Positions 7,895 to 14,969 of a stretch of 30,467 nt of DNA are shown piece after piece (the stretch's first letter is position 1; each line of letters opens with the position of its first letter). Source of the stretch: a virus; IMG/VR virus record IMGVR_UViG_3300050506_000125, one strand, 5' to 3'. The notes beneath the pieces are model-generated. The model was not told where the DNA came from. It ran no database searches and saw only the letters and a list, made by a program, of their open reading frames with translations. Made by a program: the position numbers and the translations under genes.

Positions 7895-8647
7895 AAATCC
7901 AGACCATTACTTTTTGTATTGTCTCTTCTTTTGATAGGCGCATTTGCTTTTAATGATGTATCTGCTTCTGGTGGATTTAATCAAAATCAAGCAGGCAATT
8001 CTAACAGTTCCAGCTTTGCAAGTTCTAGTCCATTGATAGGGATTCAAAATTCTCAAGCATGTATGATAATGCTAAAGAATCATATTCCAAATAAATGTAT
8101 TACTTATGATCAGATTACATTTCTAGATAATACAAATCCCTTGTTTGCTGGTTTGTGGATCGAAAAACCTTATTTGCATCGTGCAGACGCTAGGGTTTCA
8201 AATCATTACAAGTTTAATATGCATCCATTTGTTGTTATGGTAGATCCAAATCCTGATTTTGAGATACGTTCCAAGATGATTATAATTCAATCACAAAACT
8301 TTACCTGGATAAATCCTGATGAAATTTCCAGTAATGGAATAAGAATAGAACATCATAATAGGTTTGTATCTAATTGTAGTTATGCTTTGGTAGCTCCTGA
8401 TGTTGCATTGATAAATGATACTGTTAATTACTTAGAGAATGGATGTAAATCTACAAACTATAATGATATATTTAAAATTGTTACACATCTGAAACCCTTC
8501 TCTATGAATAATCCTTTTGCGTCATGGCACTATAGTAATTATACCAGAACACATTCATTAGGTGGTAGTGGTTTTGGTGATTGTTTAAGACATCATTGTG
8601 TACAACCAACAGATCCGTATATTAAAAGTAACTGGAATAAGAAATAA
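7871..8647 (+). CDS. Secreted Cys-containing protein, unknown function (258 aa from GTG)
   Basis: Track ORF is 7838-8647. GTG 7871 lies behind AAGGT and gives a standard signal peptide (TYQEKAHKSRPLLFVLSLLLIGAFAFNDVSA). Several NxS/T sequons and 7 Cys. Confidence 0.55.
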   Translation: MTYQEKAHKSRPLLFVLSLLLIGAFAFNDVSASGGFNQNQAGNSNSSSFASSSPLIGIQNSQACMIMLKNHIPNKCITYDQITFLDNTNPLFAGLWIEKPYLHRADARVSNHYKFNMHPFVVMVDPNPDFEIRSKMIIIQSQNFTWINPDEISSNGIRIEHHNRFVSNCSYALVAPDVALINDTVNYLENGCKSTNYNDIFKIVTHLKPFSMNNPFASWHYSNYTRTHSLGGSGFGDCLRHHCVQPTDPYIKSNWNKK

Positions 8648-8648
8648 T

Positions 8649-8888
8649 TTATTCTGTTAATTCTTGGATTGCTTTGGCGTATTTGATAAATTCTTTTGCC
8701 TTGTCTGTTGCTTCAAAATGATTAGTCTTGTTTTCTTTTAACAGACCAGATTTTACCAATAGAGTAAGATAATTTGTTACCTGTGTATATGATAGATAAG
8801 CCTTGTACATGATTCTAGTTTTAGAAACTGGTGTAAGAGCTGTTTCTAGGATTGATTGAATGATCTGACTTTGGGAACGGTATCTCAT
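8649..8888 (-). CDS. Winged-helix DNA-binding protein (archaeal HTH_45/PF14947-like), 79 aa
   Basis: Pattern SQIIQSILETAL..SKTRIMYKAYLSYTQVTNYLTLLVKSGLL......F..TDKAKEFI matches the small archaeal wHTH regulators as I remember them. Confidence 0.7.
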   Translation of the reverse strand: MRYRSQSQIIQSILETALTPVSKTRIMYKAYLSYTQVTNYLTLLVKSGLLKENKTNHFEATDKAKEFIKYAKAIQELTE

Positions 8889-8935
8889 TATATGATATAA
8901 ATCTACTAGAACTATTTAAGGGTTTAATGATATGG

Positions 8936-9226
8936 TTATTGTTTATAGATCCTAGTTATATTATCGATTGAAGCAATTATTGCTGGTAATAAAAAGCATA
9001 ATGAAAAATATCTAAAACCATTAGTGTTATCTTTGCATACTTTAATAGTTTTTTCTAATGTCCAACCAGATTTATCTAATTGTGAACCTTTGAAATCTTT
9101 TTCTGTTATATTACATCCTGTTTCTAAGGTTGGTATTAAAAATAAGTTGATTAATAATATACATAAAATAGAAATTCCAAACATCAAACAAGTTAATTGT
9201 ATTCTAACTTTAGTATCTTTTTTCAT
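8936..9226 (-). CDS. Membrane protein (96 aa)
   Basis: Track ORF with N- and C-terminal TM helices. 4-nt overlap with the upstream gene. Confidence 0.5.
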   Translation of the reverse strand: MKKDTKVRIQLTCLMFGISILCILLINLFLIPTLETGCNITEKDFKGSQLDKSGWTLEKTIKVCKDNTNGFRYFSLCFLLPAIIASIDNITRIYKQ

Positions 9227-9417
9227 TTCAATTTCTCTAATGTTGAGTTAAAATAGAATTTCTTTTGCAATTTCTTAAATCCAAACCATCCCAATCTTAT
9301 ACATAACATCTCAGCTGGTGCAACTAACCATAAACATATTAAAAGAAATTTGAATAGCTTTGGATTAGATTCTTTCTTTGAATCAATGTAATTGATTAAT
9401 TTTAGAATAATATTCAT
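9223..9417 (-). CDS. Small membrane protein (64 aa)
   Basis: Track ORF. One TM helix (FLLICLWLVAPAEMLCI). ATGA coupling at its start. Confidence 0.5.
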   Translation of the reverse strand: MNIILKLINYIDSKKESNPKLFKFLLICLWLVAPAEMLCIRLGWFGFKKLQKKFYFNSTLEKLK

Positions 9418-9575
9418 ATCTTTACAATCCTCACCTTTGTTTTTGTATCATCTTCTATTTCAACTAAGGCACGAAGTACCAAGATAGAAGTTATTATATC
9501 CTTTTCTTGCATGTTCCTTTTCTTACCATCAAACCACATTTCTATCTCTGTAGAGTTGCGTAGCTTTATTTTCAT
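9414..9575 (-). CDS. Mini-ORF (53 aa), hypothetical
   Basis: Hand translation: MKIKLRNSTEIEMWFDGKKRNMQEKDIITSILVLRALVEIEDDTKTKVRIVKI. ATGA overlaps at both ends exactly fill the gap between the track ORFs. Confidence 0.4.
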   Translation of the reverse strand: MKIKLRNSTEIEMWFDGKKRNMQEKDIITSILVLRALVEIEDDTKTKVRIVKI

Positions 9576-9781
9576 TTTGTGTTACTCCATCCCTTAGGTA
9601 ACAGATCAAGATTCCTATTATAACAGGCATTACACAGTCTAGCTTTCTTATTTTCTAATGGTTTGTCACAATTAAAACAATTCTTTGTATCTCTACCAAA
9701 TGATAGTCTACCAGTAAAGAAATAAAATCCAAATGCAGTTAGAATCATTATTGCAAATGCTTCTAGTATAAATACATTCAT
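9572..9781 (-). CDS. TM helix + zinc-ribbon protein (69 aa)
   Basis: Track ORF. N-terminal TM helix, then CFNCDKPLENKKARLCNAC. Confidence 0.5.
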   Translation of the reverse strand: MNVFILEAFAIMILTAFGFYFFTGRLSFGRDTKNCFNCDKPLENKKARLCNACYNRNLDLLPKGWSNTK

Positions 9782-9978
9782 TGTTTAGAACCCTCTTTGT
9801 TATCATCTTTGAAGAAATATACCATGCTAAAAATACCAATTATTGACATGGGAATTTTAATATAAAGTGGAATGTAATTAGTTGAAATATCAAATATCGA
9901 TGGTAAGGCTAAACACATCAATCCTATCAATACCCAATCTCTGTGCCTTTGATAATAAGAGAGCTTTTTATTACTCAT
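9778..9978 (-). CDS. Small membrane protein (66 aa, 2 TM)
   Basis: Track ORF. ATGA overlap with the downstream gene. Confidence 0.5.
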   Translation of the reverse strand: MSNKKLSYYQRHRDWVLIGLMCLALPSIFDISTNYIPLYIKIPMSIIGIFSMVYFFKDDNKEGSKQ

Positions 9979-10035
9979 GGTATTCTATAATATCCACCAG
10001 CTAATAGATACTTGTATGTCATGGAATGATACAGA

Positions 10036-10176
10036 TTACCTGGTGCGTTCAAATTTTGTAGTCGTATAAACGATACACTTTGTTCCATGAAACAAGTAAT
10101 GTTCTTTGCATACTTTACTATTACATACATTACATTTTAGATGTGCCTGGTCATTACATATGTAACAATTATCCAT
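10036..10176 (-). CDS. Mini zinc-finger protein (46 aa), HIT/B-box-like Cys/His spacing
   Basis: Hand translation: MDNCYICNDQAHLKCNVCNSKVCKEHYLFHGTKCIVYTTTKFERTR. TTTAAAG box lies about 30 nt upstream of the ATG. Confidence 0.4.
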   Translation of the reverse strand: MDNCYICNDQAHLKCNVCNSKVCKEHYLFHGTKCIVYTTTKFERTR

Positions 10177-10275
10177 GATATAATTTTGTATCTGATATGC
10201 TTTAAAGTTTTCATGCCTAGACTGGAAACATTTGTGTATCTTTATATTGTACTGTAATTGTTACCGTACTCTTTT

Positions 10276-10448
10276 GTCTGTGTGTGCTTTTTTTAAACAC
10301 ACACATACACACACAATCGAATGTAATCTACTCGATTTTTTAAATTCTACTCTACCTAGTGGAAATATTTAGTTTCTTGTCTAGGAATGGAACAAAAGGT
10401 GTAGGTGTACACACACAATCGAGTAGATTCTACTCGACTTTTTAAATT
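10276..10448. repeat. Duplicated 41-nt composite repeat with GT/CA hairpins; candidate origin, iteron or att region
   Basis: R1 (10306-10346) is TACACACACAATCGA-ATGTAATCTACTCGA-TTTTTTAAATT. R2 (10408-10448) is TACACACACAATCGA-GTAGATTCTACTCGA-CTTTTTAAATT. They match at 36/41 positions. R2 holds a perfect palindrome, TCGAGTAG-ATT-CTACTCGA. TGTGTGTG (10279-86) pairs with CACACACA (10298-305). Confidence 0.6.
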
Positions 10449-10945
10449 AGATCTTCTTTTGATGGTACAAATTCTCTTTCCCATACATGCATACGACCAT
10501 ACTCATTAGGTGCTATGCAATAAGGTGCAGCTCGTGAAGTGAGAGATTCTAACCATCTTTTAACCGTCATTACGTTACAATCAGATACATATGATCCGCT
10601 AGCTATTACTTCACTCATTAGATAATGATGATTATTTTCTTGTAAAGTGGTTCTTAACCATCTTTCAAATAATGGTTTTGATTCAATATTTTTCTTGTGT
10701 GAAGCAGATAGCTCTCTATTCATTATTTCATTTTTTCTTAGTTCTTTTAGTCTATTACATCCATGACATAGAAAAGCAAAGTTTTCTATTCTCAAAGGTC
10801 TTTCATATTTTACTTCATGACATTCTAGATTAGGTACATTTAGATCTCTTGGAGTCTTACTACATCTAGTACATACTTCGCCATGCTTTTCTCTAAGCTC
10901 TGTTCTAATTCTTTTTATTTCATCTCCATTAAGGTGTGATGTCAT
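10442..10945 (-). CDS. HNH (beta-beta-alpha-Me) endonuclease-like protein (167 aa from ATG)
   Basis: CTRC...LECHEVKY...ENFAFLCHGCNRLKE is CxxC + (E)H + N + CxxC(N) in HNH order. ATG 10945 lies behind GGAGTGG. The track start at 10954 is a GTG. Confidence 0.65.
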   Translation of the reverse strand: MTSHLNGDEIKRIRTELREKHGEVCTRCSKTPRDLNVPNLECHEVKYERPLRIENFAFLCHGCNRLKELRKNEIMNRELSASHKKNIESKPLFERWLRTTLQENNHHYLMSEVIASGSYVSDCNVMTVKRWLESLTSRAAPYCIAPNEYGRMHVWEREFVPSKEDLI

Positions 10946-11094
10946 TAATACCACTCCAACCAGGCTTCTAAACCGTCATAGGAATTTAATGTCTTATACC
11001 ATTTAATACCAGAATTAATTTGTATATAATCTAGCTTTGGCGCATCAAAATTTCTTTCTGTTTTCTTTCTTGCTTCGTTTACAAATCTGTTCAA
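10945..11094 (-). CDS. Mini-ORF (49 aa), hypothetical
   Basis: TTG start overlaps the upstream TGA (TTGA). The TAA overlaps the HNH ATG (TAATG). GGAGAT lies upstream. Sequence: NRFVNEARKKTERNFDAPKLDYIQINSGIKWYKTLNSYDGLEAWLEWY. Confidence 0.3.
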   Translation of the reverse strand: MNRFVNEARKKTERNFDAPKLDYIQINSGIKWYKTLNSYDGLEAWLEWY

Positions 11095-11201
11095 GCTGCT
11101 ATCTCCATATGATGATTTGATTTGTAACCATGACAGTCACAATCACAATTCTTATCCATACATTCTGTGTGAATATGATTCTTGCAAGCTTTACTTTTCA
11201 A
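11091..11201 (-). CDS. Mini zinc-finger protein, CxCxCH family (36 aa)
   Basis: Hand translation with TTG start: KSKACKNHIHTECMDKNCDCDCHGYKSNHHMEIAA. Confidence 0.3.
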   Translation of the reverse strand: MKSKACKNHIHTECMDKNCDCDCHGYKSNHHMEIAA

Positions 11202-11322
11202 ATCTATCCCTTTCCTCTTTCATTGTTTTAAGAATTTCCTTTAGATGTTCATAATATCCAAATATGACACCTGAGAATCCTATGATACATAATCCTATTC
11301 CGATTATAAAATTACTTATCAT
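11191..11322 (-). CDS. Mini membrane protein (43 aa)
   Basis: ATGA overlap with the methyltransferase stop. Sequence: MISNFIIGIGLCIIGFSGVIFGYYEHLKEILKTMKEERDRFEK. Confidence 0.35.
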   Translation of the reverse strand: MISNFIIGIGLCIIGFSGVIFGYYEHLKEILKTMKEERDRFEK

Positions 11323-11798
11323 TGTTTTGATCTCCTATTTGGAATGTAACAAGATACATATCCATTTACAGAAGGTTGTTTAGATATTTTTAGTGATCTT
11401 GGAGATAGAAATTTATGCCTTCCAGGAATTATCATCTTCTTTGTAAATTTGATAACAGGTAATAAATATTTTATAGCATAAGCTGAAGTTAGAACATTAA
11501 TAGGTAATAATAATAATGCTCTGCATTTGTTTTTCTTGCATACTTTGACTGTATGTATTACAAATTCTTTTTGCTTTGAATGTGGGAAATTTCCCCATAG
11601 AATATCAGTTCGTTTAAAATCAAATTGCTTAAGATAGTCCTTTTTTCTATCAATAAATCTTTTACATTTTGTATTTTTTGCATCGGCAGCTACATCAATA
11701 TTACATTTAATATTGTATTTCTTTTGAGATAGATTAAACAGATATGATGGAGTAACTAGCTTGTCTGCATAATGTTTTTTCTTGTTATTGATTATCAT
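11319..11798 (-). CDS. Phage-type DNA N6-adenine methyltransferase (Dam, PF05869-like), 159 aa from SD-preceded ATG
   Basis: 'NIDVAADAKNTKCKRF' and 'ILWGNFPHS....ALLLLPINV' match the family pattern DVAA..N.KC.RF / W.NPPYS / LLP as remembered. The catalytic tetrapeptide is NFPH instead of NPPY. Track start is 11846; ATG 11798 lies behind AAGAGGT. Confidence 0.7.
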   Translation of the reverse strand: MIINNKKKHYADKLVTPSYLFNLSQKKYNIKCNIDVAADAKNTKCKRFIDRKKDYLKQFDFKRTDILWGNFPHSKQKEFVIHTVKVCKKNKCRALLLLPINVLTSAYAIKYLLPVIKFTKKMIIPGRHKFLSPRSLKISKQPSVNGYVSCYIPNRRSKQ

Positions 11799-11928
11799 TA
11801 TTATACCTCTTATGGCATTCACATTCACACCTTCCAAAATTCCCATGACATTTTTTATGTCTGCCTTGAAAACAATTAGTAGTGTATTTCAGATCAGGAT
11901 CATAATATGTTAATCTTGCACCACTCAT
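11785..11928 (-). CDS. Mini zinc-finger protein, CxCxCH family (47 aa)
   Basis: GGAGGT lies 7 nt upstream. Sequence: MSGARLTYYDPDLKYTTNCFQGRHKKCHGNFGRCECECHKRYNNDNQ. ATGA overlap with the upstream ORF. Confidence 0.35.
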   Translation of the reverse strand: MSGARLTYYDPDLKYTTNCFQGRHKKCHGNFGRCECECHKRYNNDNQ

Positions 11929-12086
11929 TTCTTCAACCTCCAAATACGATTCCAATATTTAGAACAGCAATAGCTAGAACAAAACCATTTGATCTTTTGT
12001 GCGTTTCTTCCATTGTTAAAAAATTGTTTTCCGCACTCCTTACAGATTTGTGTAATAACCTCTGAAACCGTATTACCTCTTGGCAA
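11925..12086 (-). CDS. Zinc-ribbon mini-protein (53 aa)
   Basis: TTG start behind GAGGGG. Sequence: PRGNTVSEVITQICKECGKQFFNNGRNAQKIKWFCSSYCCSKYWNRIWRLKK. Confidence 0.35.
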   Translation of the reverse strand: MPRGNTVSEVITQICKECGKQFFNNGRNAQKIKWFCSSYCCSKYWNRIWRLKK

Positions 12087-12792
12087 TATCTAATCCCCTC
12101 AGTTTCATATTTGTCGTTAGTAATACTTTAGGATAATGACCAGATAAAACATAATCACTTTTTATTAAATAATTATTGAAACCTGATTTAAACATCCTCT
12201 CGTTTTCTTTTCTGGTTGTTATAATGAACTTGCCTTTTATCTTTTGGCATATCTCTATTACTTCATTATCATAAGCTGCCACTGATACTCTATTAAAAGA
12301 GCTGTACATTTGATCATAAAGAGAACGATTCCAAGGTTGATCTATTAGAAAGAAGGTGTCTTTAGAATCATTATTTTTAATACAGTCTGCAAAGTCTTCA
12401 TTGGTGACTGATATTCTAGCATCATCAAAGTTAGTTGATAACCAATTACAAACAAAATCCGACGTATCATTTAATATAGCAAATGCAAAGCTCTTATCTA
12501 TCTTTCTTAATTCTTGCATTACTTTGACCGTGCCTGCAAACGGTTCAACATATATTTTTGATTTTGGAATTATGGCAGCTATCTTTTTAGAAATGCCTGT
12601 TATCCCTGCGTAGCCTGCCCATCTTTTCTTATCATCTATTCTTGGTAAAGATATGGTTAATTGATTCCATCTGTTTTTTACTGTTAATGGTTTCTCTTCG
12701 TTTATTCTATCTAGCTTTGTTCTTATACCTCTACACTTTATTTTTTCATGATCCTTTTCTGTATGACCACATTTGAGAACTTGTTTATTCAT
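12073..12792 (-). CDS. D12-class (Dam family, PF02086-like) N6-adenine DNA methyltransferase, 239 aa
   Basis: KRWAGYAGITGISKKIAAIIP...YVEPFAGTVKV matches the Dam N-terminus plus motif I (EPFaG). Motif IV region is FFLIDQPWNRS, i.e. DQPW in place of DPPY. ATG 12792 overlaps the upstream TGA; track start is 12816. Confidence 0.75.
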   Translation of the reverse strand: MNKQVLKCGHTEKDHEKIKCRGIRTKLDRINEEKPLTVKNRWNQLTISLPRIDDKKRWAGYAGITGISKKIAAIIPKSKIYVEPFAGTVKVMQELRKIDKSFAFAILNDTSDFVCNWLSTNFDDARISVTNEDFADCIKNNDSKDTFFLIDQPWNRSLYDQMYSSFNRVSVAAYDNEVIEICQKIKGKFIITTRKENERMFKSGFNNYLIKSDYVLSGHYPKVLLTTNMKLRGLDIAKR

Positions 12793-12989
12793 ATCAGATG
12801 AACCATTTCCGCACATTTTTTATGGTAATAATGACGTTTACTTTCTCCTGGCTTGCTATGTATTAAATCACCAATTTCTAGTTTTATAATACAATAATAA
12901 CAGTTAGGGAATGTAGCACTATTGCGTTTCATTTTAGCATATGTCAAAGCAGTTATTACGAATGTTGAGCTATGTTTTGTAATTTTCAT
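12789..12989 (-). CDS. Cys/His mini-protein (66 aa)
   Basis: Track ORF. CYYC....H....HKKC. Overlaps both neighbours by 4 nt. Confidence 0.5.
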   Translation of the reverse strand: MKITKHSSTFVITALTYAKMKRNSATFPNCYYCIIKLEIGDLIHSKPGESKRHYYHKKCAEMVHLI

Positions 12990-13288
12990 ACATTCCCCTT
13001 TAAGAAACTGTTAAGATTCGTTTTTCTTTTTATATCATAGTAATGTATTAAAGCTCTTGCTCTATTTAGTATTTTATAACAATCATCACAATATTGTTTC
13101 TTCCTTTTTAAATCATTAGTAAGGTTTCTTACTTTGACTTCTTTACTACACTTTTTACATATTATACTATCAGGTAGTTTTTTACCAATAACTAACTTGA
13201 TACAAGCTGGACAATAACTCCCAAATTCTATTTGTTCTGTACATCTTGGATTCTTGCATGTCCATGATGGTCTTTGCTGAACTAACAT
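12986..13288 (-). CDS. Multi-CxxC zinc-ribbon protein (100 aa)
   Basis: Track ORF. Four Cys pairs (CKNPRC, CPAC, CKKC, CDDC) and a basic C-terminus. Confidence 0.55.
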   Translation of the reverse strand: MLVQQRPSWTCKNPRCTEQIEFGSYCPACIKLVIGKKLPDSIICKKCSKEVKVRNLTNDLKRKKQYCDDCYKILNRARALIHYYDIKRKTNLNSFLKGNV

Positions 13289-13301
13289 AATCTTTCCTTT
13301 C

Positions 13302-13757
13302 TCATTGGTTGATCATCACATGTGTTCTTAATGGTGTTTGTTGATAGGAATATCTGGAAAGCTTTTCTAATGTATTCCATAGTTCCTTATGTTCTGGTGT
13401 TATCTTGTAATTCTCTTTAGAATTCTTTGATATGTATAATGTTAAAACTCTGTAAGGTATTATGTCATTAATTACTTTTAGACTGATCAGACAACTAAGA
13501 CTAGATTTAGATTTGTGTGAATTAATCATATTATAATATTTAAATTTGCAATTCTTTCTAAAAAATACTTGATCTGGATCTGGTTTTAATATGTATGATA
13601 TAGCTTTACCGTTTCTTATTCTTGTTACTCGTCTTGAATCGATTTTATTTCCACAACCACATTTACAAAATCTTCCCACACCGGGAAGCAAAGCCACATC
13701 AACTGTGTGTCTGCTTACTATGAATAATTTTGGATCATAGTTTCTGTTTTTAATCAA
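13302..13757 (-). CDS. Hypothetical protein with CKCGCG motif (151 aa)
   Basis: Track ORF. TTG start behind AAGGGGGA. Confidence 0.5.
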   Translation of the reverse strand: MIKNRNYDPKLFIVSRHTVDVALLPGVGRFCKCGCGNKIDSRRVTRIRNGKAISYILKPDPDQVFFRKNCKFKYYNMINSHKSKSSLSCLISLKVINDIIPYRVLTLYISKNSKENYKITPEHKELWNTLEKLSRYSYQQTPLRTHVMINQ

Positions 13758-13841
13758 AGTTATTTTCCCCCTTCATTTGTAAAGACTGTTAAAACATTGA
13801 GCTATAAAAGAATTATTGTGTTATGAAATGTTACAAACAAC

Positions 13842-13877
13842 TACTGGTAAAAGTGAGGGGGATCACTCTTACCAGTA
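13842..13877 (-). terminator. 15-bp intergenic stem-loop (terminator, processing or stability element)
   Basis: TACTGGTAAAAGTGA-GGGGGA-TCACTCTTACCAGTA. The single A.C mismatch on the + strand becomes a G.U wobble on the - strand RNA, which is the sense of both flanking genes. Confidence 0.4.
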
Positions 13878-13937
13878 ATTTCAATGGTTGGTTAATTCTA
13901 CGTTAGAATACCTAATAATTAAATATTTGTCTAGTGT

Positions 13938-14402
13938 TTATTCCTGATGATCTCGTTTCTCTCTCTTACACATGTATCTATGATCAAAGATAACTCCTGA
14001 GAACAAATTAAAAAGCCAGACACTAATCAATAGAAAAGCCAGAAAGGCAAACGATAAAGCTTGCCCTTCTGTAAAAGTTTTTTCTTCTAATATTTTTATA
14101 CATGTTGGATCTTTACACTCTAATATTGTAGATGTTCCGTAAGCTGTAAATAGAAATATTCCTATGGCAAATATACCAAATCCAAGTAGCACATATGTAC
14201 TTATTCTATCATATTTTGTAGGATAACTTTCAAGTAAGAATCTTTTACATTCGCATGGTATAGATGTAGTTTCATTTATCTTTCTTATTCCGTTGCATCC
14301 CCTTCTAGCTTGATATTTAAATCCTAAAAATGATTTAGGTGTGTCATGTGTTGGATGTGATAGATGTCCACACTTGCAATATCTAGGTTTCTTATTTGTC
14401 AT
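13938..14402 (-). CDS. Zinc-finger + 2-TM membrane protein (154 aa)
   Basis: Track ORF. N-terminal CKCGH..H..C..CEC, then two TM helices. Confidence 0.55.
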   Translation of the reverse strand: MTNKKPRYCKCGHLSHPTHDTPKSFLGFKYQARRGCNGIRKINETTSIPCECKRFLLESYPTKYDRISTYVLLGFGIFAIGIFLFTAYGTSTILECKDPTCIKILEEKTFTEGQALSFAFLAFLLISVWLFNLFSGVIFDHRYMCKREKRDHQE

Positions 14403-14775
14403 ATGTTAATTCCTTCAAGCAATCTTTGCATAACCAGTTACCGTTATAATCTGTTCCTTCTTCCTTATCGTGAATTACTTTACATTGGAAGCATTTGATG
14501 TTTTGATTTGATTTTAGATATGGAGTAAACATAGCAAACACTATAAATAAAATTCCTCCTACGAATCCACTTATGGGAATATATGTATATGAACCGCTAC
14601 AATCTAAATAAGCTTCTACTGTTGTTTTGTATTGTGGATTTGTTTTGAGATAATAATTTGCCTGTTCCTGATTCATGTTTAGTATGTTTGAACATGGAAG
14701 TAATTCAGTATAAATTGAAGGAAGGATCATTATTGAAATACCTAAGAATAAAACTATTATCGTTCCATACTCCAT
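14392..14775 (-). CDS. Membrane protein with C-terminal zinc ribbon (127 aa)
   Basis: Track ORF with TM helices at the N-terminus and in the middle. CFQC...CKDC at the C-terminus. Confidence 0.55.
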   Translation of the reverse strand: MEYGTIIVLFLGISIMILPSIYTELLPCSNILNMNQEQANYYLKTNPQYKTTVEAYLDCSGSYTYIPISGFVGGILFIVFAMFTPYLKSNQNIKCFQCKVIHDKEEGTDYNGNWLCKDCLKELTYDK

Positions 14776-14870
14776 GATATACTGTTCTATAAGATTGTAC
14801 TATTTAAGAATTGTTGTGTGATATATGATACATACATACTTTATTAAGTTCTAGTCTTTTATTAGAGATA

Positions 14871-14969
14871 ATGAAATGTTGGAATTGTGGTATAGAAAGT
14901 TTAAAATTTTGGTGTGAAGAATGTACACAAAAAGAAAGAATAACGCACACGGGTTTGTTATCACAATGA
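14871..14969 (+). CDS. Zinc-ribbon mini-ORF (32 aa)
   Basis: Sequence: MKCWNCGIESLKFWCEECTQKERITHTGLLSQ. The stop overlaps the next ATG as ATGA. TTTATTAAG box lies about 30 nt upstream. Confidence 0.35.
   Translation: MKCWNCGIESLKFWCEECTQKERITHTGLLSQ

Noticed and set aside
9979-10035. 15-codon ORF (MTYKYLLAGGYYRIP) bridging 10036-10176 and 9778-9978
   Set aside because: It is too short to support from sequence alone. It may merely reflect spacing between coupled genes.
10306-10448. Possible mini-CRISPR array
   Set aside because: There are only two repeat copies, matching at 36 of 41 positions, with a 61-nt spacer. The repeats are A/T-tailed composites with flanking CA/GT tracts. There are no cas genes, and the geometry is unlike CRISPR.
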